A stretch of DNA of 64,000 nt from an uncultured Burkholderiales bacterium (GCA_964495595.1 CAZBWH010000001.1:2950-66949), one strand, 5' to 3'; counted from the first letter of the stretch, positions 33,058 to 42,638 are shown. Notes: generated by a model not told the origin, from the letters alone. A program made the numbers and translations.

Positions 33058-34942
33058 ACGACCGGCCTACCAGCCCCATCTGGATGCCATCCGTGGCATT
33101 GCCGTGGCACTGGTGCTGCTGTTCCACTTTCAGTTGCTCGGCATCCGGGGGGGCTTTATTGGTGTCGACGTATTCTTCGTGCTGTCGGGTTATCTGATCA
33201 CCGGCCTGCTGCTCCAGGCGCCGCTGCAGGGGTCCAGCCTGGCGCATTTCTACCGGCGGCGCCTGCTGCGGCTGATGCCGGCATTCCTGGTGTTCAGCGC
33301 CATCACCACGCTGGCGGCTGCCGCGCTGCTGCTGCCGGAAGACTGGCTGGACTACCTGCGCAGCCTGCGCGAATCGCTGCTGTTCAACGCCAATCATTAT
33401 TTCGCCCGCGAACTGAGCGATTACTTCGCCCGGGCGGCCCACGAGCTGCCGTTGTTGCACACCTGGTCACTGTCGATCGAATGGCAGTTCTATCTGGGCT
33501 ACCCGGCGCTGCTGCTGGCGTTGCGCCGCTACACCTCCCTGGCCCGGCTGCGCTGGATCGTACTGGCAGCCACCCTGGCGCTGACGGCGACCTCCATCCA
33601 GCAAAGCCTGCAGCCGGAATCGGCCTATTTTTCCACTCTGGCTCGCCTGTTCGAGCTGCTGCTCGGGGCCAGTGCCTGTCTCGGATGGCCCGCCACCAGC
33701 CGGCCAGGCCGCTGGCAAGGCGCACTGGCCAGCATCGCGCTGCCGCTGCTGATCGGCCTGGGCTGGGTCTACACCGAATCGATGCCCCTGCCGGGCCTGC
33801 CGGCACTGGCCGTCTGCCTGCTGACGCTCTGCCTGCTGGCATGGGGACAGGACAACCTGTTGCTCAAGCTGCCGCCACTGCAGTACCTGGGCCGCATCTC
33901 CTACTCGGCCTACCTGTGGCACTGGCCGCTGGTGGCCTTCACCCACTATCTCTCAGTGCCCCTCAGTCTGGCGCTGCAACTGGCCCTGCTGGGTGGCACG
34001 CTGCTGCTGGCCGCAGCCAGCCACCACTGGGTAGAAGAACCGGCCCGCCGCTGGAAAGGGTCGCTGCGCACCTGTCTGGCGGGGCTGGTCGTCGTACCGG
34101 CTCTCGTCGTCATTGCAGTGCTGTATCAAAGCAAAACCCACTCCGGATGGCCGGAACGGCTGGGCGAAGGCGCTCGCTACGCCCACGCCCATCTTGCACC
34201 GTACCTCGACACCAATCAGCGGCAATGCCACGACTTTCGCGGTGGCACGCCCGAGCAGTGTGCCTTCGGCGATCTCGCCGGCTCGCGGCAAGCCATCCTG
34301 CTGGGCGATTCACATGCGCGGCACTTCTGGTGGTTTACCGACAAACTGGCCCGGCAAGCCGGAGTCAAGGTGTACGCCTTTTCCGGCAGCGCCTGCCTGA
34401 TGCTGCCTGGCGTGGCGCAAACCTTCCGCGGCAGGCGCTACACCGATTGTGAATCGGCTGCAGAGCGGCATTTCCGTGCCATCGACCAGCGGCGCTACCA
34501 ATATGTGCTGCTGGCCGAGCGTTGGCTGGTGTACTCGCCGGCACAATGGGCTGCGCTGGATCACACCGTTGCACGCATTCTGGCGGCAGGCGCCACACCG
34601 GTCATCTTCCGGCAGGTAGCCGAAGACGAAGTAGACCAGCTGGCGTGCTTCAACGCGCACCTCAAGCTGCGCCAGTCTTACCGCAACCACTGCGGCATCG
34701 ACCAGAACACCCCGTTCCAGCGCGACAAACGCCTGGCGCTGGCCGCCCTGTTCGACCGGCTGGCCCGGCAATACCCGGCCGTGCGCTGGATCGATCCGCA
34801 ACAATCGCTGTGCCACGCCGGCCGCTGCCTGACCGTACACGACCGTACCCCGCTGTACGACGACAGCAACCACCTGAACGGCTATGCCTCCAGCCTGCTG
34901 GCCGACTGGCATCTCCAGCAGTTTCCCAACCCGCTGCGCTGA
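33041..34942 (+). CDS. second OafA-like acyltransferase (diverged paralogue)
   Basis: LDAIRGIAVALVLLFHF...GVDVFFVLSGYL and C-terminal GDSHARH. Overlaps the previous gene by 17 nt. Confidence 0.8.
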   Translation: MIPTAERPAYQPHLDAIRGIAVALVLLFHFQLLGIRGGFIGVDVFFVLSGYLITGLLLQAPLQGSSLAHFYRRRLLRLMPAFLVFSAITTLAAAALLLPEDWLDYLRSLRESLLFNANHYFARELSDYFARAAHELPLLHTWSLSIEWQFYLGYPALLLALRRYTSLARLRWIVLAATLALTATSIQQSLQPESAYFSTLARLFELLLGASACLGWPATSRPGRWQGALASIALPLLIGLGWVYTESMPLPGLPALAVCLLTLCLLAWGQDNLLLKLPPLQYLGRISYSAYLWHWPLVAFTHYLSVPLSLALQLALLGGTLLLAAASHHWVEEPARRWKGSLRTCLAGLVVVPALVVIAVLYQSKTHSGWPERLGEGARYAHAHLAPYLDTNQRQCHDFRGGTPEQCAFGDLAGSRQAILLGDSHARHFWWFTDKLARQAGVKVYAFSGSACLMLPGVAQTFRGRRYTDCESAAERHFRAIDQRRYQYVLLAERWLVYSPAQWAALDHTVARILAAGATPVIFRQVAEDEVDQLACFNAHLKLRQSYRNHCGIDQNTPFQRDKRLALAALFDRLARQYPAVRWIDPQQSLCHAGRCLTVHDRTPLYDDSNHLNGYASSLLADWHLQQFPNPLR

Positions 34943-34960
34943 CCCCAACCGGACCCGGAC

Positions 34961-36004
34961 ATGTCAACCGATCCCGCACATCCCCTACGCATACTGATCA
35001 TTCGCCGCGACAACATCGGCGATCTGGTCTGCACCACACCGCTGATCCGCAGCCTGCGCCAGCAGTTTCCCCAGGCGCGGATCGACGCGCTGGTCAACAG
35101 CTACAACCTGGCGGTGGTGGCCGACAACCCGGATCTGGATCACGTTTACGCCTACACCAAGGGCAAGCACCGCGACCACAGTCAATCCGGCGCCGGCATT
35201 TACCTGCAGCGGCTGGCAATGTACTGGGCACTGTTTCGCTGCCGCTACGATTACATCGTACTGGCCGACACGGTATTTTCCGGCCGGGCGTTGTCGATGG
35301 CACGCTGGTTCCGCCCTGCCCACATCATTGGCTTCGCCCCGGCCGGCCAGTCACCCAAGGGGCTGGATTTGCCGATCCGCAGCGGGCCGGATGGCCACGT
35401 CGTCGCACGGCTGGCCGCCTTGCTGACCCCGCTCGGCATCAACACTCCCCCGCCGGCGCTGGTACTGCAGGCCAACCCGGCAGCACTGGCAGCAGCCCGT
35501 TCAACGGTGGGCCCCTTGCCGGCTGGCCGGCCGCTGATCGGCCTGCACATCAGCGCCCGCAAGCCAAGCCAGCGCTGGCCGGCGGAACGGTTCATCGAGC
35601 TGGCCAAGCGATTGCACACGGAACATGGCGCCACCTTGCTGCTGTTCTGGTCCCCCGGCGCCGAAGACAACCCCTTACATCCTGGCGACGACCAGAAGGC
35701 GCACGCCATTATCGAAGGCACGGCCGGCCTGCCGCTGCAGCCCTTTGCCACCCGCGAGCTGGCGCAACTGATTGCCGGCCTGAGCCTGGTCGAGTGGGTG
35801 ATCTGCAGTGACGGCGGGGCAATGCACATTGCCGCGGGGCTGGGCAAACCGGTGGTGTGCTTCTTCGGTCAGTCGAATGTCACGCACTGGCATCCGTGGG
35901 GTGTGCCTTATGTCGCGCTGCAGCCGGCATCCCAACAGGTCACCGACGTCAGCGTCGACGAAGTCATGGCAGCCTGCCACCGGCTAGCAGCCGGTCGGAC
36001 TTGA
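34961..36004 (+). CDS. family 9 glycosyltransferase (heptosyltransferase-like)
   Basis: ILIIRRDNIGDLVCTTPL and CSDGGAMHIAAGLG motifs. The stop codon lies inside a REP-B arm. Confidence 0.8.
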   Translation: MSTDPAHPLRILIIRRDNIGDLVCTTPLIRSLRQQFPQARIDALVNSYNLAVVADNPDLDHVYAYTKGKHRDHSQSGAGIYLQRLAMYWALFRCRYDYIVLADTVFSGRALSMARWFRPAHIIGFAPAGQSPKGLDLPIRSGPDGHVVARLAALLTPLGINTPPPALVLQANPAALAAARSTVGPLPAGRPLIGLHISARKPSQRWPAERFIELAKRLHTEHGATLLLFWSPGAEDNPLHPGDDQKAHAIIEGTAGLPLQPFATRELAQLIAGLSLVEWVICSDGGAMHIAAGLGKPVVCFFGQSNVTHWHPWGVPYVALQPASQQVTDVSVDEVMAACHRLAAGRT

Positions 36005-36089
36005 GCGATCATAGCGAGCCGAGTGGGAACACGGGTAAATAAGGCCGTTTCTGCCACTGGCGCAGCAGATCAGCCTCAAGTCCGACAGG
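35991..36089. repeat. REP-B inverted-repeat element (CCGGTCGGACTTGAG ... CTCAAGTCCGACAGG)
   Basis: Same arms as 23866-23930, with a 69-nt AT-richer centre. Confidence 0.75.
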
Positions 36090-36097
36090 CTGCCAGA

Positions 36098-37402
36098 TCA
36101 GGGAGCGCAGGATTCGGGCAGCGGTGACAGCGCTGCCGCCGCCACGCCCTGATACGCCAGCAGGGTGAAATAGCTGGCGGAAGGATCACCGAACCGGGCC
36201 ACCACCTTGGTCGCGCCGCTGATGGGCGCAGCACCGGCAAACTCCGCGCCATTGCGCTCCAGCCGGGTCCAATCGCCTGCGGCGGAAACCACCGCCACTT
36301 CGGCTGCACCGGGAACCGTCAGCGCAAACACTTGCAACCCGCCCAGCGCCAGTTGCCCGGCCAGCGGCGAGTGTAGCCGCGCCCCCACCTCGCGGAACGT
36401 AGCGTAGCTCTCGGGCAGCCGCGCTGCAGTCGGCAAGGCCTTACTGGCAGTAATCCGGTAGGTCAGCACGGCGTCAAACGGCGCCTGGCCGTCAGCCTGC
36501 GGCTTGGCGTAGAGGTTGAGCCGGTATTCGCCGGGCGCAGGCAACACCACCTCAACCCGCGCCTGCTGTGCGTGGCGTTGCACCAGTGTGGCGTGCTCCT
36601 GCAACTGGCCGGAGCGGGTCAGGGTCGCGGTCAGTGCCACGGTAGACGGCACATCGAGCGACACGGCAAACCGGTTACAGTGCGGCGCAAGGGTGTGTTG
36701 GCGCTGCCTGGCCAGATCCAGCCCCAGCCGGAAAAAAGCCGGCTGCGGCCGGGCCAGGCCGGCAAAGGCAGCCGGAGTCATCAGGGAATCGAGCAAGCGC
36801 CAGCGCGGGTCTTCCGGCAAGTGGCTGTAGGCAAGCAGCGCCGGATCGGCCAGAAAATAGAATGGCTCGAAGCGGCGCCGGTACTGCCCCCGCTCGTCCA
36901 CCCCGCCTGCGGCCCAAGTGGCGTCAAGCAGTTGCCAGCGCCCCTGCAGCCGTACTGCATTCCAGTCGTGGTTGGCCGGGCCGACCGCATCGCCGGGTTG
37001 ATAGCCAAAACCCTTGGCATAGCCGTGCACTGATACAGCCTCCAGCCCTGCCAGCCGCGCCAGCGATTCAAACGCAGTGGCAAAGCCGGAGCACACCGCC
37101 TTGCCGCTGGTCAGCACATCGCTGGCCGACTGCGGCACGATGGTGCCCGCCAGATAGCTCGCCACGTCGTATTCGACATGCTCGGCCAGCCAGCGAAAAA
37201 TTGCCCGCGCCTTGTCGGTGTCGTCACGCGCCGGCTGCACCAGATATTCAACCAGTTGCTGCGGCGAACGCTGCAAGCCGGCCGGCGCGGCCAGCGCGTG
37301 GCGGTCGATGGCATCAAAGTCGCGTGGCCCGCCGGCGTGGGCACAGGTCAGCCAGCCAGCGCAGAACAGCGGCCACAGGGAGATCCAGCCCAGGGTTTGC
37401 AT
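36098..37402 (-). CDS. secreted transglutaminase-like cysteine protease-fold protein
   Basis: Signal peptide and a core GKAVCSGFATAF with downstream His/Asp. RBS GGGAG precedes the ATG at 37402. Confidence 0.7.
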   Translation of the reverse strand: MQTLGWISLWPLFCAGWLTCAHAGGPRDFDAIDRHALAAPAGLQRSPQQLVEYLVQPARDDTDKARAIFRWLAEHVEYDVASYLAGTIVPQSASDVLTSGKAVCSGFATAFESLARLAGLEAVSVHGYAKGFGYQPGDAVGPANHDWNAVRLQGRWQLLDATWAAGGVDERGQYRRRFEPFYFLADPALLAYSHLPEDPRWRLLDSLMTPAAFAGLARPQPAFFRLGLDLARQRQHTLAPHCNRFAVSLDVPSTVALTATLTRSGQLQEHATLVQRHAQQARVEVVLPAPGEYRLNLYAKPQADGQAPFDAVLTYRITASKALPTAARLPESYATFREVGARLHSPLAGQLALGGLQVFALTVPGAAEVAVVSAAGDWTRLERNGAEFAGAAPISGATKVVARFGDPSASYFTLLAYQGVAAAALSPLPESCAP

Positions 37403-37467
37403 GATGTGCTCCCGCAATGATGCCGGCCCGGCAGGCCATTGACGGTCGGCACCTCATGCCGCCGACG

Positions 37468-38049
37468 TCATTGCGCAGTCAGGACGCCATCCTTCAGTTT
37501 GATCTTGTCGCCCACCTTGAACTGCGGCGTGCTGTCGTTGTCGCTGCCGTTCACGGTGGCCGTACTGCCATTGTTCAGCTTGACCACATAATCATAGGCA
37601 TTACGCGAGCCCAGCGCCTTTTCCGCCTCGTTGCCGGCCAGGCCGCCTGCAATGGCCCCCACTAGGGTTGCAGCGGTATTTCCCTTGCCCTTGCCGATCT
37701 GCTTGCCCAACAGGCCACCGGCTGCAGCGCCGGCAGCCGCCCCCAGGCCCGACCCTTCACCGGCAATCTTGCGCTCCAGCACCTCGGTCACCGCGCCGCA
37801 TTCAGGGCATGCCTTGGCCGCATCCATTTGCTGCTTGGCCGCAGCCAGCGCCGCTGTCTTGTCGGCCTTGGCCTTGCTGTCGCAGGCCTTGCGCTCGGCT
37901 TTCGGCGCCTTTTTGCATGCAGCACTGGCAGCCTTGAAATCAGCTTCGATCTGCTTCTTGCTGGCGGCAAAATCGGCGGCCGGATCAGCCAGCACGCTAC
38001 CCGCAGCAGCCGACAGCACCAGCGCAGCAATCATCAATTGAATTTTCAT
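37468..38049 (-). CDS. glycine-zipper (Rick_17kDa/SlyB-like) envelope protein
   Basis: Signal peptide, Lys/Ala-rich helical region, CPECG, then GAAAGAAAGGLLGKQIGKGKG...GAIAGGLAG. ATG at 38049 removes the Cys-rich track extension. Confidence 0.7.
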   Translation of the reverse strand: MKIQLMIAALVLSAAAGSVLADPAADFAASKKQIEADFKAASAACKKAPKAERKACDSKAKADKTAALAAAKQQMDAAKACPECGAVTEVLERKIAGEGSGLGAAAGAAAGGLLGKQIGKGKGNTAATLVGAIAGGLAGNEAEKALGSRNAYDYVVKLNNGSTATVNGSDNDSTPQFKVGDKIKLKDGVLTAQ

Positions 38050-38092
38050 GGACAGATTTCCTTTCAGGATAAACAGGACAAATAAATCAGGA

Positions 38093-38893
38093 TCATGGCA
38101 GCAGGCCCCACAGCATTTTGCCTGCGATCGACAACAGCAGCACCGCAAACAGCTTTTTCAGTCGCATGACAGGCAATCGGTGCGCCAGTTTCGCTCCGAC
38201 GCTGGCAGTGAGCATGCTCGCCAGCACAATACCAGCCAGCGCGGGCCAATACACAAAGCCCGATGCCCCAGGTGGCAACCCTGCTGCGGCCCAGCCATTC
38301 ACCAGATACCCCAGCGCCCCGGCCAGCGCAATCGGAAAACCGATCGCCGCCGACGTGCCAATGGCTTGGTGAATGGAGACATTGCACCAGCTCATGAACG
38401 GCACGGATAACGACCCGCCGCCAATGCCGACAAAACTGGAAATCAAGCCAATGAACCCGCCGGCGCCCAGCATGCCTGCCGGGCCTGGCAAGGTGCGCGT
38501 AGCAGGTGGTTTGGCACCGGCCAGCATCTGCAGGCTAACCAGCACAGCGAATGCGACAAACAGCCATTTCAGCCCGGTGGTAGAAATCTGGCCGGCCACC
38601 GTAGCGCCGGCAAAGGTGCCCAGCAGAATGCCCGGGGCGATCGAACGCACGATTTGCCAGTTCACCGCACCGTGCGCGTGGTGTCCGCGAATGCTCGACA
38701 GCGAAGTGAACAGGATCGACGCCAGCGAAGTACCCAGCGCCAGATGCAGCACATGCTGCGGCGCGATGCCGGCATGCTCGAAGACAAACACCAGCGCCGG
38801 CACGATCACCAGGCCGCCCCCGACACCAAGCAGGCCGGCCAGCACCCCCGCTACCGCACCGATCGCCAGATAGGCAGGCAAGAAATTCAGCAT
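38093..38893 (-). CDS. TauE/SafE family (DUF81) anion exporter
   Basis: 266 aa, about 8 TM, duplicated VGGG/IGGG motifs. Confidence 0.8.
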   Translation of the reverse strand: MLNFLPAYLAIGAVAGVLAGLLGVGGGLVIVPALVFVFEHAGIAPQHVLHLALGTSLASILFTSLSSIRGHHAHGAVNWQIVRSIAPGILLGTFAGATVAGQISTTGLKWLFVAFAVLVSLQMLAGAKPPATRTLPGPAGMLGAGGFIGLISSFVGIGGGSLSVPFMSWCNVSIHQAIGTSAAIGFPIALAGALGYLVNGWAAAGLPPGASGFVYWPALAGIVLASMLTASVGAKLAHRLPVMRLKKLFAVLLLSIAGKMLWGLLP

Positions 38894-38942
38894 GGTCGCA
38901 TGGCAGCGTTCCCCGGCCCGACGTGCCGCCTGCAGGCGGGCA

Positions 38943-39554
38943 TCAGGCCGACTGGCACGCGCCTCCCGGTCGGCAACGGTAAATCGCCGCTTCGGTAATC
39001 ACCCAGTCCAGCGGCTGATCCCAGGGATCGGCCGGCAACGAATCGACCCGCTGACACTCAAACGCCGCACCGACCAGCACCGGCTTGCGCCAGACCTTGC
39101 GCTGGCGCAGATAAGCCAGCGTTGCATCGTAAAACCCACCGCCCATCCCCAGCCGGTTACCCGCCGGGTCGAAGCCGACCAGCGGCACGAACAGCACATC
39201 CAGCGCCCGTGCCGGCAGGCTGCGCCGTGCGGCAATTTCGGCAATGCCAAAACGGTTGAGATACCAGCGATTGGCCGGGTGAATGCGGGTAAAGCGCATC
39301 CGCTTGCCACGAGCCTCGGGCACCACCGGCAGGAAACACTCGCGTTGGCGCCACAGCGCTTCGTTGATCAGGGGACGCAGGTCGAGCTCGACCGGCAGTG
39401 GCAGATAAAAGCCGATCCGGCGTGCGCGCAACAACAAGGCAGACTGAATGGCCAAGCGGGTAAAGCGGGCGGCAGCAAGACGACGCTGGCGGCGCGGAAT
39501 GCGGGAACGCGCAGCGCGCAGCGCGCGCCTGAGGGCAATCTTGTCAGCAAACAT
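38943..39554 (-). CDS. ygfA: 5-formyltetrahydrofolate cyclo-ligase
   Basis: LR...R...FLP...GFD..GNRLGMGGGFYD motif. Position downstream of 6S RNA as in E. coli. Confidence 0.85.
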   Translation of the reverse strand: MFADKIALRRALRAARSRIPRRQRRLAAARFTRLAIQSALLLRARRIGFYLPLPVELDLRPLINEALWRQRECFLPVVPEARGKRMRFTRIHPANRWYLNRFGIAEIAARRSLPARALDVLFVPLVGFDPAGNRLGMGGGFYDATLAYLRQRKVWRKPVLVGAAFECQRVDSLPADPWDQPLDWVITEAAIYRCRPGGACQSA

Positions 39555-39567
39555 GGGAAAAGCAGAA

Positions 39568-39750
39568 GGAAGACTCCCCGCCAGTGCCGTCCGGCCCCGG
39601 CATCTTGAACCTGGGGTTCAAGGGGTCGCGTACCGGGCTCGTCAGGCACATCCGTGAAAGGGCGCGCACACAGAACCTATTGGATCGGCAACCATATCTC
39701 TACGATATTGGTTCAAAGAATTTGAAGCCGTAACAAACACCGCAGGGAGT
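39568..39750 (-). ncRNA. ssrS: 6S RNA
   Basis: Sits in the 245-nt gap between zapA and ygfA, the conserved ssrS position. Minus-strand sequence contains CCUUGAACCCCAGGUUCAAG, as in the E. coli 6S terminal region. 5' ACUCCCUGCGG can pair with 3' CUGGCGGGGAGU to close the rod. Length about 183 nt. Ends are approximate. Confidence 0.75.
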
Positions 39751-39757
39751 GGAGGCC

Positions 39758-39790
39758 ATTGTAACATGACGGCCGGCGAATAAAAGCCCT
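39758..39790 (-). promoter_or_regulatory. candidate ssrS promoter (-10 TACAAT at 39763-39758)
   Basis: TACAAT lies 7 nt upstream of the proposed 6S 5' end. A weak -35 CTTTTA sits 17 nt upstream. Confidence 0.35.
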
Positions 39791-39799
39791 GCGTTTTGC

Positions 39800-40105
39800 T
39801 CACGCCGCCGGCTCGTCGGCCAGTGCGCCGTCGATCAGCCGGCTCATGCTGCGCAGGCGCTCCTGCACCTCGCCCAGCCCGGCATCGCCGCCTACACGGG
39901 TTGTCAGCAGCTCGTTGGAAATATTGAGCGCCGCCATGATGGCGATCCGGTCGATGCCGATCACCTTGCCGGTGGCGCGGATCTGCTGCATTTTTTCATC
40001 CAGGTAATCCACGGCCTGGCGCAACGAGGGCTCTTCTTCTTCCGGGCAGGCAATGCGCAGGTCGCGCCCCATAATGGTGACGTCGAGGGTGCGGATCTGG
40101 CTCAT
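39800..40105 (-). CDS. zapA: cell division protein ZapA
   Basis: 101 aa. LDVTIMGRDLRIACPEEE...AALNISNEL is typical of ZapA. Confidence 0.85.
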   Translation of the reverse strand: MSQIRTLDVTIMGRDLRIACPEEEEPSLRQAVDYLDEKMQQIRATGKVIGIDRIAIMAALNISNELLTTRVGGDAGLGEVQERLRSMSRLIDGALADEPAA

Positions 40106-40302
40106 GTCGATGACTCCGGAAGGGTTTGCAACAAGGCTTCGAGGCGTTGTGCGGCAACGTTGACTTTGTCGTTCAGGCGGGCGTTGTCCTGGCGGACGTC
40201 AGCCAGTTGCCGGCCCAGCTGCCGGTTTTCCTGACGCAGCTGCTGGCACAAGGCAATCAGCGCCGCGACTTTGCCTTCCAGTTCATTGAGTTCGGTATTC
40301 AT
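40102..40302 (-). CDS. ZapB-like coiled-coil protein (66 aa)
   Basis: Heptad-rich LNELEGKVAALIALCQQLRQENRQL. ATGA overlap with zapA. Internal ATG of the 211-aa track ORF. Confidence 0.65.
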   Translation of the reverse strand: MNTELNELEGKVAALIALCQQLRQENRQLGRQLADVRQDNARLNDKVNVAAQRLEALLQTLPESST

Positions 40303-40334
40303 GGCGCAAACTATAGGGAGCCCGTCAGACGGCG

Positions 40335-40898
40335 TCAACCCGCGCGCCCGGCCGCAGCTGCGTCGGAGCCATCGTCGTCGACGGAGGTGAAGCGCAGCCA
40401 GATGCCATCCTGCGCTACCCGGATATGCTGGATGCGATAACGATGCTGCAGGTAAGACGGATCGCGATGCTTGCGCGCCAGCGCCTCCTGAACGCGGGTG
40501 GACACCTCCTTGCGCACCGCCAGCACCCGGCCCAGCAACATGTTCAGCAGGCTGTCGGGCGATTCGATCAGGCGGAAATCGGTCAGGCCGAAGCGGTCTT
40601 CGCGGGCAAACAGCGCGGCGCTGGCAGAGATATCCAGCCCGTTGCGCATGGCCAGGCAATCGTAGCGACCGAAAATCGTGAGCAGCAGGCGACCGTTCTG
40701 CAGCGCCACGCGTGGCCGGGTGGCCTCGGCCGAGCAACCGAGAAAACTGCTGCCGATCTTGTCCTGGCCCTTGAACATGCGCTCATGCACCAACCATTGC
40801 AGATCGGCAAGGCCAATCAGCAGCTCTTCTGCTGCTGCGGCGGCAGGCGCGGCCGACAGCAGCGAAGCACAGACAAGGGGCAGCAGCGAATGGTTCAT
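40335..40898 (-). CDS. hypothetical secreted protein
   Basis: Signal peptide MNHSLLPLVCASLLSAAPAAA. Composition looks protein-like. No family recognised. Confidence 0.5.
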   Translation of the reverse strand: MNHSLLPLVCASLLSAAPAAAAAEELLIGLADLQWLVHERMFKGQDKIGSSFLGCSAEATRPRVALQNGRLLLTIFGRYDCLAMRNGLDISASAALFAREDRFGLTDFRLIESPDSLLNMLLGRVLAVRKEVSTRVQEALARKHRDPSYLQHRYRIQHIRVAQDGIWLRFTSVDDDGSDAAAAGRAG

Positions 40899-40940
40899 GC
40901 TTGCAGTGTAGTAGACATTCGGCGGCCGCCCCGGCCAGCG

Positions 40941-42425
40941 TCAGCGACTGCGGGTACGCTGCACCGCGTCCAGCCAACCGCGGTACAGCGCGTCGCGACG
41001 CTGCGGCTCGGCTTCCGGATAAAAAGCCCGCTCCAGTTGCCACTTGGTGGCCAGCTCGTCGAGCGACTGGTAAATGCCGGCCCCTAGCCCGGCCAGATAC
41101 GCCGCGCCCAGTGCCGTGGTTTCCGGCACCACTGGGCGCTCGACCGGAATATCGAGAATGTCGGCCAGAAACTCCATCACCCAATCGTTGTTGACCATGC
41201 CGCCATCGACGCGCAGCGCTTTCGGCAACGCGGCACCGTCAGCCTGCATCGCTTCGAGCAGGTCGCGCGACTGGTAGCACACGGATTCCAGCGCGGCCCG
41301 GACAATGTGGGCAATGCCCGAATCGCGGGTCAGGCCGACAATCGCACCACGCGCCAGCGGATCCCAGTACGGGGCGCCGAGGCCGGTGAATGCCGGCACC
41401 AGATACACGCCGCCGGTGCCAGTCACCCGCCGCGCCAGTTCTTCGGTTTCGCTGGCATGGCGCACCATCTGCAGCGCATCGCGCAACCACTGTACCGCCG
41501 CACCGGCAATGAAGATGCTGCCTTCCAGTGCATAAACCGGCTTGCCGTTGAGCCGGTAGGCAATGGTGGTGAGCAGGCGGTTGTTCGACTGGACCGCAGT
41601 TTCGCCGGTATTCAGCACCATGAAACAGCCGGTGCCGTAGGTGCTCTTGATCATGCCGGGCGCAAAACAGGCCTGACCGACCGTGGCCGCCTGCTGGTCG
41701 CCGGCCATGCCACGGACCGGAATGCGGGCCCCGAACAGGCTTTCGTCGGTATGGCCGTAGTCGGCGGCGTTGTCACGCACATCCGGCAACAGCGCTCGCG
41801 GGATGTCGAAAAAAGCCAGCAGTTCATCATCCCACTGCTGGGTGTGGATATTGAACAACAGCGTGCGGGCCGCGTTGGTGGCATCGGTCGCATGTACCCG
41901 GCCGCCGGTCAGGCGCCAGAGCAGGAAGCTGTCGATGGTGCCGAACGCCAGCTCGCCGCGTTCGGCGCGAGCACGGGCACCGGGAATTTCATCCAGCAGC
42001 CATTTGATCTTGGTAGCGGAAAAATACGGGTCGAGCAGCAGGCCAGTTTTGGATGCCAGCCATTTTTCCTTGTCCGGCGAATACATGGCTTGGCACTGCG
42101 GTGCGGTGCGGCGGTCCTGCCAGACAATGGCATGATGAATCGGTTTGCCGGTTGCCCGATCCCAGAGAATGGTGGTTTCACGCTGGTTGGTGATGCCGAT
42201 CGCGGCAATGCTGGCCGGCGTGACGCCGTTGCTGTTGAGCGCCTGCTGGCAAACACGCACGGTATCCGCCCAGATTTGTTCGGGGTCGTGCTCCACCCAC
42301 CCCTCGGAGGGGAAAATCTGCGGCAGCTCCTGCTGCGCCTTGCTGACCGGCCGGCCCTGAAAATCGAACACAATCGCACGGGAACTGGTCGTGCCCTGAT
42401 CTATGGCGAGCAAAAACTGAGACAT
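40941..42425 (-). CDS. glpK: glycerol kinase
   Basis: 494 aa. [16 protein letters not shown]-terminus and full FGGY kinase layout. Confidence 0.95.
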   Translation of the reverse strand: MSQFLLAIDQGTTSSRAIVFDFQGRPVSKAQQELPQIFPSEGWVEHDPEQIWADTVRVCQQALNSNGVTPASIAAIGITNQRETTILWDRATGKPIHHAIVWQDRRTAPQCQAMYSPDKEKWLASKTGLLLDPYFSATKIKWLLDEIPGARARAERGELAFGTIDSFLLWRLTGGRVHATDATNAARTLLFNIHTQQWDDELLAFFDIPRALLPDVRDNAADYGHTDESLFGARIPVRGMAGDQQAATVGQACFAPGMIKSTYGTGCFMVLNTGETAVQSNNRLLTTIAYRLNGKPVYALEGSIFIAGAAVQWLRDALQMVRHASETEELARRVTGTGGVYLVPAFTGLGAPYWDPLARGAIVGLTRDSGIAHIVRAALESVCYQSRDLLEAMQADGAALPKALRVDGGMVNNDWVMEFLADILDIPVERPVVPETTALGAAYLAGLGAGIYQSLDELATKWQLERAFYPEAEPQRRDALYRGWLDAVQRTRSR

Positions 42426-42444
42426 AACCCCTCTTTATTTTCTA

Positions 42445-42540
42445 TATCGAACAAACATTGTCATTTTGCCACGAAGCCGGGCAAGATGCTTCACAATCAA
42501 ACACTTCGACAGCCTGTTATGGCTTTGGCATTCGACAGCC
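42445..42540. promoter_or_regulatory. candidate GlpR operators: ATCGAACAAA half-site (42445-42455) and two direct TTCGACAGCC repeats (42505-42514, 42531-42540)
   Basis: The half-site resembles the E. coli glp operator half AWCGAACATW. An exact 10-mer is repeated 26 bp apart in the glpK-glpR divergent region. Confidence 0.35.
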
Positions 42541-42638
42541 ATTCAGTTTAGAATCCCGGCGCAATAAATGCCGGTGGCACAAGCGATTTTCAGCGCCTGT
42601 TACCGCTACCGGCGCGCACAATCAGAGAGGAAACCGAA

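Noticed and set aside
40310-40320. ACTATAGGGAG, identical to the 3' half of the T7 class III promoter
   Set aside because: Only 11 nt match and the specificity-determining upstream half is absent. The match is on the strand opposite the local genes, and no phage RNA polymerase context is present. It is treated as coincidence.
40320-40335. GTCAGACGGC and similar near-matches to the neisserial DNA uptake sequence (also near 68-77)
   Set aside because: Each has a mismatch to the 10-mer core. I saw no exact copy in this window, so there is no evidence for a DUS system.
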